Of a DNA stretch of 64,000 bases, positions 8,422-15,593 are shown piece by piece (positions within the stretch are counted from its first letter, which is position 1; each line of letters opens with the position of its first letter). The stretch is from Planctomycetota bacterium. GTDB taxonomy: Bacteria > Planctomycetota > UBA1135 > GCA-002748355. The DNA lies in assembly GCA_027021385.1 (NCBI GenBank), contig JALUUL010000054.1, positions 51,050-115,049 on the forward strand. Reading direction: 5' to 3'. The notes beneath the pieces were generated by a model that saw only the letters and a program-made list of their open reading frames with translations, ran no database searches and had not been told where the DNA came from. The position numbers and the translations under genes are program-made.

Positions 8422-10890
8422 GAAGCCGAGGAAGGCGGGAAGGAAGTTGAACTGCACCCTGGTATCTCCGACGACCTGGTCCTGGATCACCGACAGCTCG
8501 AACATCCAGTCATGGTCTCTCCGCTGGACGACCATGGAGGCGCTGTTCACCGTGTTCCGATCGAAGTCGTAGATCAGGCCGTAGCCGAAACGCCACCGTT
8601 CCCAAAAGGAAAGTCCCGCGCGCAGCGCCCCCTCTCCGTCTTGATCCCTTCCGGAACGCCATTCGACCGCCAGGTCCCCGCCGGGAAAGGGGACGAGGGA
8701 CATCCCGAGATTCCTCGTTCGGAAATCCCCCCGCGCAAAATCCCTCTCCCCCTCGAAAAGGAGCCCCAGGATCTCCGTCGGCCGCCAGATCAACTCGAAA
8801 TAGGTCAGCCCCAGCCGGTTTCCTCCGTTGTCCCGAGCGGCATTCGGATGGAGGCGCTGCACGAGATCCAGCCAGAGGTAGTTCCTCCATCCCCCCTTGC
8901 CGTCCCGCGTCCGGAGCCTCTGGAGGACCCCTAAGTCGATCGCGGACTCCTCGTCGAGCGTGTCGACCTCGTCGAAGGAGAAATAGTCCCCCGGCTCCCG
9001 GTCCACGAGGAAGCGGTGGTAGACCCGCAGGTCGGGGATGATCTCATGCCGAAGTCCGTCGATGCCGAGGGCACGGATTTCGGTCGCGAAGTCCCGGTGG
9101 AAACGGGTCACTGCCCGGATCTCCCCCTCGAAGGCCCTCCGGTTCCCGGACGAGGCTCCGGGAAGATCCGAATACCAGGTATTCCTCGCGGTGAAGGACG
9201 GAATCAGCATCCAGCCCCCGAGCCGGACGGGGGCATGGAGCCGGAGGAGGACGTCGCTCCTCCAGGAGGCCTCTCGACGCGCTCCGGGCGCCCGATCGTC
9301 GAAACGGTTTCGAAGCCTTCCCCCCGCGAGTCCGAGGTCGAGCACGAGAGGCCAGTCCTCGCGGAGTTCGAGAATCGGTTGAGAGAAGACATCGAGCCTT
9401 CCGAGCGGGAGTTCTTCACGGAAGGAGGGGCTCAGCGTCGCATCCTCCGCATAGGAAAAATCCTGGAGATTGAAACGTCCTCTCAAGCCGAAACGGAGGT
9501 TTCCCGCCGCGTGCACGAGATGGACGCTCGTTTCCGGAACCTCGTCCTCCTTGAGCATGGTGGGCCGGAACTCCGGAACGGTCGCGGGATCCGCGGCCTG
9601 GAAGGCTTCGAGATCGAGACGGGTCCGTTCCCCGAGACGGATTCGGGTCCGGAGACGAAGAAACCCCCTCTGTCCGTAGTCGATCGGGCTTCCATCGAGG
9701 TTGCGAGTGATCGACCTGCGGTCACGGCCGGAGTCCTCGAGAAAGAAGCCGTCGACACGGCCTTCGAAGGATCCGGGGAGACGAAAGCCCAGCTCCCCGT
9801 CCAGCGGGATCCCCCTCTTGCGCGCCCACCCGGTCCTGAGGCTCCAATCACCCCGGAAGTTCCTCCCGTTTCCTCCGGCGAGATCGACGATCGAGCCCCC
9901 GAGGTCGTTCCAGCGCCCCCCGAATCGAAGAAAGGCGAACTCCCCCCACGAATCAGATCTTCCGACCCGGATTCCCTGGACCGGAAGCCAGGATTCCTGG
10001 TCCGAATACCAGTGGTAGTCGGGTAGGGGGAGGGAGGGGAGACCTTCGATCTCGACCCGGTTCCCGATTCCTCGGACCTCAAGGACCTCTCCGCGGCGCA
10101 GGATCGAAACCCGCCGGCTCCTCACCCGGTAGTGGGGGGAGCCCGCGTCGCAGGTCGTTACCGAGGCATCCTCGGCGACGAGACGACGACCCTGCTGCAC
10201 GGCCTTTCCGCATTCGAGGACGAGGGCGTTCCTCTCGGTCAGCGGTCCCGATCCGAACGGAAGGCGCAGTTCGACGTCTTCCATCGTCGTCCGCCGGGAA
10301 TCGAAGGACATCGCCAGTCGCGCGGCCTCGAGTTTCCGGATCCCCTTCTCCTCGATGACGACCTTCCCCTCGGCGTAGAGCCCGCGGGCGAGGCGGACGA
10401 GCCGATCCCCGGGTCCCCGCAGGACCTTTCCCCCCTTCCCCTCGGCCAGGGGCAATCCGATCCCGAGATCCATGAGGCCGGCGACGAGGGACCGGGTCCA
10501 GGCTCCTTTCGGGTCCAGGGGGGAGATCCAAGCCCGGCGGGGGAGTTCCCCGGCCTTGGCGGAACCGAGGAAGAGATTCTGGTATTCGTCCCGATCGAGG
10601 GTCAGCACCGCGCGGTCCGCCCTCAGGAAGAGGTCCGCGAAACGCAGCCGGAACCAACCATCGAGGATGACATGGGTCCGGTCCCCCTCCGTCCGGATCC
10701 GGATCGCCCCGTATTCGAGCCGCCCCTCGGGGAACTTCCGCTCCGGCTCCCGCGGAGAGCCGGCCCCCTCCGGTCCCTTCCGGACGGAGCGGTCCGAGGA
10801 TTCGGGCCTAGAGGGAAGGGAACCGGGGACGTCCTGCGCCGCGAGAAAGGCCGGTACCAGGGCCGCGAGGAGGCCCGGAAGGAAGATCAA
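8350..10890 (-). CDS. lptD: LPS-assembly outer-membrane protein LptD (OstA family)
   Basis: Signal-peptide-like IFLPGLLAALVPAFLAAQD. N-terminal OstA-like strands (LRADRAVLTLD, YAEGKVVIEEKG..LEAARLAMSF). LptD-type segment VEIEGLPSLPLPDYHW, then a long beta-barrel region ending in aromatic residues. The proposed TTG start at 10890 overlaps the upstream stop (TTGA). Start is uncertain. Confidence 0.75.
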   Translation of the reverse strand: MIFLPGLLAALVPAFLAAQDVPGSLPSRPESSDRSVRKGPEGAGSPREPERKFPEGRLEYGAIRIRTEGDRTHVILDGWFRLRFADLFLRADRAVLTLDRDEYQNLFLGSAKAGELPRRAWISPLDPKGAWTRSLVAGLMDLGIGLPLAEGKGGKVLRGPGDRLVRLARGLYAEGKVVIEEKGIRKLEAARLAMSFDSRRTTMEDVELRLPFGSGPLTERNALVLECGKAVQQGRRLVAEDASVTTCDAGSPHYRVRSRRVSILRRGEVLEVRGIGNRVEIEGLPSLPLPDYHWYSDQESWLPVQGIRVGRSDSWGEFAFLRFGGRWNDLGGSIVDLAGGNGRNFRGDWSLRTGWARKRGIPLDGELGFRLPGSFEGRVDGFFLEDSGRDRRSITRNLDGSPIDYGQRGFLRLRTRIRLGERTRLDLEAFQAADPATVPEFRPTMLKEDEVPETSVHLVHAAGNLRFGLRGRFNLQDFSYAEDATLSPSFREELPLGRLDVFSQPILELREDWPLVLDLGLAGGRLRNRFDDRAPGARREASWRSDVLLRLHAPVRLGGWMLIPSFTARNTWYSDLPGASSGNRRAFEGEIRAVTRFHRDFATEIRALGIDGLRHEIIPDLRVYHRFLVDREPGDYFSFDEVDTLDEESAIDLGVLQRLRTRDGKGGWRNYLWLDLVQRLHPNAARDNGGNRLGLTYFELIWRPTEILGLLFEGERDFARGDFRTRNLGMSLVPFPGGDLAVEWRSGRDQDGEGALRAGLSFWERWRFGYGLIYDFDRNTVNSASMVVQRRDHDWMFELSVIQDQVVGDTRVQFNFLPAFLGFLQRKEPEWIAGDPAFGIRRGTRF

Positions 10891-13800
10891 GGGAACCTCC
10901 TCGAGATCTTCCCCCCGCGGACGCGGCCGACCCCGCCTCGGATCTCGAGACTGCCGACGTTGACCTCGAGTCCCGGTTCGTTCTCCCAGCGGAGATCCTC
11001 TCCGGCCCAGAACTCGACGCCGCCCGACCTCCCGCCGTGGAGCAGGAGCCATCCCGTCGGCGGTTCGAACTCGATCTCTTCGGCGAAGGCCCCGAGCCCG
11101 TCCCCCCGGGCCTCGACCCCCCCGCCGGCCAGGAGCTTTCGCAGCTCCAACGGGACATCCCAGGCCGAGGGCGCCCGCATCCCTTCCGCCGGCCCGAGGA
11201 GCAGAACGAGGCTCCCCCCGCCGCGGATCTCGAAATCGGCGTCCGGGTCCGAGATCTCGCGGGCGAGGAAGGGACCCGGGACCTCGAGGCGCCCCGAGGC
11301 GATCCTCGACGGCTCTCCCGAGATCTCGAGGCGAAGCCGGACCGTTCCCCTCGGATCGATGCGCAGCTTCCGGCCCCCGCCCCCTTCCAAGAACAGCACC
11401 GGTCTCTTCGACGGGCCTCCGAGCAGGAGGGCGTCCCTGCCCCGGTCCCGGACCAGGAGACGCGCACCCCGCATGCTCAGGACCCCCGTCTCGGCCATCG
11501 CGATCCTCCCCCGGATCACCCTGCCATCCTCGCCAGAAAGCCGGAGAAACGAACCGTCGCTCCAGAGGTCCAGCCGGTCTCCGTGGAAGGACTGGAGAGT
11601 CGCCCCTCCCCGACTCCGGAACTGCAGCGCGACCCCCTTCCTCGCCCGAATCAGGCGTTCCCCGACGATCCTCTTACGGACCCCAGCCGGGAGGGGTCTC
11701 CAGATCCGCGCCAGCATTCCCTCGACCGCCGGGGGAGCGATCCAGGGAAGGACCTCGAGTTCGGCGCATTCGAGGGTCGCCTCCGAGTCTCCGCCGGGCC
11801 AGAAGCCCTCGGCGACGACCCGCCCCTCCGCCCGCAGCCAGGCCTCGACCCCACGGCCCACGACCCCCTCCCGCCCCTCGAAGAGGAACCGCGCCGCACG
11901 GACCCGCGCCTCCCCCCCATCCTTCGAGGGACGGCGTAACACGACGACCGCGGGGACGGACAGGCCCTCTAGGATCCAGGGGCCGTCCCCCGTCCTCGAC
12001 AGCAGCCTCCCCCGCGCCTCGAGACCCCGCTCCGGAACGACGAATCGGAGAGGGCGGCCTCGGAGTTCGAGCCGCAGGCGGTCCTTCGACTCGACGAGGA
12101 CTCCATCTCGGATCCCCTCGACGCTCGTCCGACCCCGTCGGGTCGGCATCGACCAGCGCATTCCGTTTCCCGAACGGGCGTGGAGGGAAAGCCTCGAACC
12201 GGGAGCCGGACCGCCGCCTCGATGCGCCCGCCTGCCGTGCATCAGGATGCGCCCCCGGCCGGAGAGGACCCCCTCTTCGAACCGGATGCGGATCGGACCC
12301 TCGCGGTCCCAGGGTCCGAGGCTTCCGAAGACGGCCTTCGACCCCGGAGGTTCCAGGAAGGCGAATCCCTCCTTTCCGTCGAGACGGTAGGCGGGACGTC
12401 CCGGTTCGCGGTTCGCCTCGACCTCCACCCGACCGCTCGTGAATCCGAACACGGGCTCGAGCCCCTCGAGGCCCTCGACCAGGGACAGGATGACCGCGCT
12501 TTCGCTCCTGAAGTCGGGAATCGCCCCTCCCGCCGCCTGGAACTTCGCCCCCGGCCCGATCGTCAGGATCTCCCCCCCTCCGAACGGGAAGAAGAAGCGG
12601 CGGAAGACCTCCGTCGTGAGGCTTTTCGGGAAGCCGAACAGTTCCGGAAGGCGCGCGGATTCCCGATCCCAATCGACGAAAGCGGCCCCGACGAGCCGGC
12701 CGAGAGCCTCCCCGCCAGCCCCCTCGAGATCGAGGATCGGATCCCCCTCCGCGCGGAGGCGTGAAGGTTTTCCGTCTGAACCGATCGCGACCGCCAGCCG
12801 CCGGGCGCGGAGCGATTGCCCCCCGAACCGCAAACGCATCGGAGAGACCTCGCCGCCCTCCACGAGGAGATCGGTCAGAGCGTGGGGAACGAAGTAGGCC
12901 CCCCGGTCGACCCCCGGCAGACGCCCACGCCGGATCCTCGCCTCGAGCGAGCGGCCGAGGACGTCGAGCGGTTTCGCGCCGAGCCGGAGATCCCGAAGGA
13001 AGCGCCGGGCGCGGAATTCGATTCCGCCCTCGAGCCGCAGGCGCCACTCGTCCACGTCGATCCTGCGGAAGACGAGGGGTCCCCCTCCCCGGAGTTCGAA
13101 GCCCGACCCGAGGTCCCCGGACATCTCGTCCTTCCGATCCCTGAGAACGACATCGGACTCGATCCGGATCCAGGAATTCCCGCCCTCGCCCCCCGACGCC
13201 CCGAGGGAATGCAGGTCCGCGCTCAAGCCCTTACCGTCGAGGAACAAGGGACCATCCTCGAACTTAGCCTCCATGCGGACCGGCTGCGAGGAATCCGGGG
13301 TATGCACCTCGAAACGCTCCTCGCCCGCGTTGACGAGCAGGCGGGAGACGTGGAGACGGATCGGAGGAGTCGCGCCTCCCCTCCCGCCGGAATCCTTTGC
13401 CCGGACGAGGAGCACGACATCCCCGAGATCCATTTCATGGGAACGGTCGAGGGAGCGGTTCCCCGCCTCGTCGATCGCCATCCGCAGATTCGCTCGGGAG
13501 GCCCGGAGTTCGAAACGCAACTTCTCCCGCTCGGTCCCTCGCCCGTGGAACTCCGCGTACAACCCGTCGAGGTCATAGGTCCCGTCTTCCCTCGGCCTCG
13601 AATCCTCCCAGGAAAGGAAATAGAGCCGGCGCCGTTTTCGGGCCTCCCGGTCCTCGACGAAGACCTCGAGATCCCCCTTCCCCCGGCCGCGGACCCCGAC
13701 GGCTCCTCCGAGCCCCGGCCCCGTCTCTTCCCGCTTCCCGGTCTTGACCTTCACCTCCCCGGGACCTTCCGGGATCTCGACCCGTGCACGTCCCTCCCTT

Positions 13801-13898
13801 CCCCCGAACTGGAAGGCCTCCTCCCCGGAAACGATGAAGACCAGCAGGAGGACCCCTCCTCCGAAGAGGAGGAGAAAATGGAGGAGACGACGGATCAC
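10887..13898 (-). CDS. 1003 aa protein with a single N-terminal TM anchor, sitting in the lptC/lptA position. Candidate periplasm-spanning lipid-bridge protein; function not established.
   Basis: GTG start overlaps the kdsC stop (GTGA), and the stop overlaps the lptD start. N-terminus MIRRLLHFLLLFGGGVLLLVFIV is a TM helix. The remainder is beta-strand-like with recurring xLRLEhxG / hRhxADxh motifs. Competing frames are Pro/Arg/Ser shadow ORFs. Confidence 0.6.
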   Translation of the reverse strand: MIRRLLHFLLLFGGGVLLLVFIVSGEEAFQFGGREGRARVEIPEGPGEVKVKTGKREETGPGLGGAVGVRGRGKGDLEVFVEDREARKRRRLYFLSWEDSRPREDGTYDLDGLYAEFHGRGTEREKLRFELRASRANLRMAIDEAGNRSLDRSHEMDLGDVVLLVRAKDSGGRGGATPPIRLHVSRLLVNAGEERFEVHTPDSSQPVRMEAKFEDGPLFLDGKGLSADLHSLGASGGEGGNSWIRIESDVVLRDRKDEMSGDLGSGFELRGGGPLVFRRIDVDEWRLRLEGGIEFRARRFLRDLRLGAKPLDVLGRSLEARIRRGRLPGVDRGAYFVPHALTDLLVEGGEVSPMRLRFGGQSLRARRLAVAIGSDGKPSRLRAEGDPILDLEGAGGEALGRLVGAAFVDWDRESARLPELFGFPKSLTTEVFRRFFFPFGGGEILTIGPGAKFQAAGGAIPDFRSESAVILSLVEGLEGLEPVFGFTSGRVEVEANREPGRPAYRLDGKEGFAFLEPPGSKAVFGSLGPWDREGPIRIRFEEGVLSGRGRILMHGRRAHRGGGPAPGSRLSLHARSGNGMRWSMPTRRGRTSVEGIRDGVLVESKDRLRLELRGRPLRFVVPERGLEARGRLLSRTGDGPWILEGLSVPAVVVLRRPSKDGGEARVRAARFLFEGREGVVGRGVEAWLRAEGRVVAEGFWPGGDSEATLECAELEVLPWIAPPAVEGMLARIWRPLPAGVRKRIVGERLIRARKGVALQFRSRGGATLQSFHGDRLDLWSDGSFLRLSGEDGRVIRGRIAMAETGVLSMRGARLLVRDRGRDALLLGGPSKRPVLFLEGGGGRKLRIDPRGTVRLRLEISGEPSRIASGRLEVPGPFLAREISDPDADFEIRGGGSLVLLLGPAEGMRAPSAWDVPLELRKLLAGGGVEARGDGLGAFAEEIEFEPPTGWLLLHGGRSGGVEFWAGEDLRWENEPGLEVNVGSLEIRGGVGRVRGGKISRRFP

Positions 13899-14485
13899 GA
13901 TCCCTCTCCCGGCCCTCCCGGGCGCCCGCAGGCATCGACGACGGAACCGTAGAGCCCCTTCGCCCGGAGGAGGAGTTCGACGACCTCCCGGACCGCCCCT
14001 CCTCCGGCGGGAGCACGGGTCACGTAGAGGGCGGCTTCCCGGACCTCGGGACGGGCTTGCGGAACCGAAATCGGGGCCCCGACGCGCCTGAGAACCGGAA
14101 GATCGAGCAGATCGTCGCCGACGTAGCAGACCTCGGTCTCGTCGAGTCCGAGGGACTGGAGGATCTCGTCGAGCCGGGCGCTCTTGTCCCGGACTCCGAG
14201 GTGCAGTTCCCGGATCCCGAGTTCCGCGGCGCGGGCTCTCACCGCCGTCGAATCCCGGCCCGAGAGCAAGCCCGTCGCGAACCCCGAACGGCGCCAGTGC
14301 GCGAGACCGCTTCCATCATGCACGTGGAAGACCTTGGACTCCCTCCCCTCCCCATCGAAGAACAACCTCCCGTCGGTCAGGACTCCATCGACGTCGAGGA
14401 GGAGGAGAACAACCTTCGCAAGGACCGCGGCCGCGCCCTCGGGAACCTCTACGGGCTCCGGTATGAACTGGAATCCCTCCCTCAC
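13895..14485 (-). CDS. kdsC: KDO 8-phosphate phosphatase (HAD family)
   Basis: LLLLDVDGVLTDGRLFF...HVHDGSGL...GLLSGRDS...CYVGDDLLDLPVL match the KdsC HAD motifs. Located directly downstream of kdsD. Confidence 0.9.
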   Translation of the reverse strand: MREGFQFIPEPVEVPEGAAAVLAKVVLLLLDVDGVLTDGRLFFDGEGRESKVFHVHDGSGLAHWRRSGFATGLLSGRDSTAVRARAAELGIRELHLGVRDKSARLDEILQSLGLDETEVCYVGDDLLDLPVLRRVGAPISVPQARPEVREAALYVTRAPAGGGAVREVVELLLRAKGLYGSVVDACGRPGGPGEGS

Positions 14486-14494
14486 TTCCCCACC

Positions 14495-15493
14495 TCAGGC
14501 GATCTTGAGTTCGAGGAGATCCTGCACATCGACGAGTCCGATCGCCCGGCCGGCCTCGTCGACGACAGGAATCTGGTCGATGCGGTTCTCGTGCAGCAGG
14601 TTGAAGGCGTCCACCGCCAGTTTGTCATCTCGGATCGTCTTGGGAGAGGCCGTCATGACCTCGTCGATCCTACGATCCAGGAAGCCCTCCTCCCCATGCT
14701 CCAGGCTCCTCCGCAGATCGCCGTCGGTGAAGATCCCGAGCAGGAGGCCCGCCCCGTCCACGACGACCGCCGCCCCGGGACGTCCCGGAGTCTTCGTCAT
14801 GACGACGAGAGCCTCCCGAACGGTCGCCCCGGACCGGATCAAGGGGTTCCGCTCGCCCCGGCGCATGATCTCCCCCACATTCATCAACTTCCGGCCGAGC
14901 GTTCCACCCGGATGGAACCTCGCGAAATCCTCCGGTCCGAAATCGCGGTTCTCCTGGGTGACGAGGGCTAGCGCGTCCCCCAGCGCCAGCATCGCAACCG
15001 TCGAGGCGGAAGGCGCGAGCCCCATCTCCCCGGCCTCGAGGATCGGCCCGAGTTCGAGGACAAGGTCCGAGGCCTGACCGAGCGAGGAGTCGGAAGTCTC
15101 CGTGATCGAGAGGACCTTGATTCCCGCGGCGCGCACGGGGGGCAGGAGATCCAGGAGTTCCTCGGTCTCGCCCGACTTCGAGAGGGCGAAGCACAGGTCC
15201 CCCGCGCAGACTCTCCCGAGATCCCCATGCCGGGCCTCTGCGGGGTGCAGGAAGATCGAGGGGGTCCCCGTGCTGGCCAAGGTGGCCGAGATCTTCCGCC
15301 CGATGAGGCCGGCCTTTCCCATGCCGGTGACGACGACCCGCCCCGGGGTCTCGAGGATCAGCGAGACCGCGTGCGCGAACGGGGCTCCGACCCGCTCCCT
15401 GACCCCCCGAAGGGCCTCGATCTCCCTCTCGAGGATGCGCTTCGCGCTCGCGATGCGGGCGTCTTCACCGGCCTTCCCCATGCCTGGATCCAT
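14495..15493 (-). CDS. kdsD: Arabinose-5-phosphate isomerase (SIS domain plus tandem CBS domains)
   Basis: RVVVTGMGKAGLIGRKISATLASTGTPS...ALSKSGETEE is a SIS domain. The C-terminal CBS pair includes PVVDEAGRAIGLVDVQDL. Confidence 0.92.
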   Translation of the reverse strand: MDPGMGKAGEDARIASAKRILEREIEALRGVRERVGAPFAHAVSLILETPGRVVVTGMGKAGLIGRKISATLASTGTPSIFLHPAEARHGDLGRVCAGDLCFALSKSGETEELLDLLPPVRAAGIKVLSITETSDSSLGQASDLVLELGPILEAGEMGLAPSASTVAMLALGDALALVTQENRDFGPEDFARFHPGGTLGRKLMNVGEIMRRGERNPLIRSGATVREALVVMTKTPGRPGAAVVVDGAGLLLGIFTDGDLRRSLEHGEEGFLDRRIDEVMTASPKTIRDDKLAVDAFNLLHENRIDQIPVVDEAGRAIGLVDVQDLLELKIA

Positions 15494-15548
15494 GGGGGGA
15501 AGAATATATCGAGCCCCGCCGAAAGGCTTCGGGGAAATGCCGGAGAAC

Positions 15549-15578
15549 CGCCCCCCCTCCCGTATTGGAGGGGGGGCG
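15549..15578 (-). terminator. GC-rich hairpin downstream of the S8 protease gene
   Basis: Perfect 12 bp stem CGCCCCCCCTCC / GGAGGGGGGGCG with the 6 nt loop CGTATT, 16 nt after the protease stop. The U-tract on the minus strand is weak. Confidence 0.45.
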
Positions 15579-15593
15579 TCGTCATCCTCCTGT

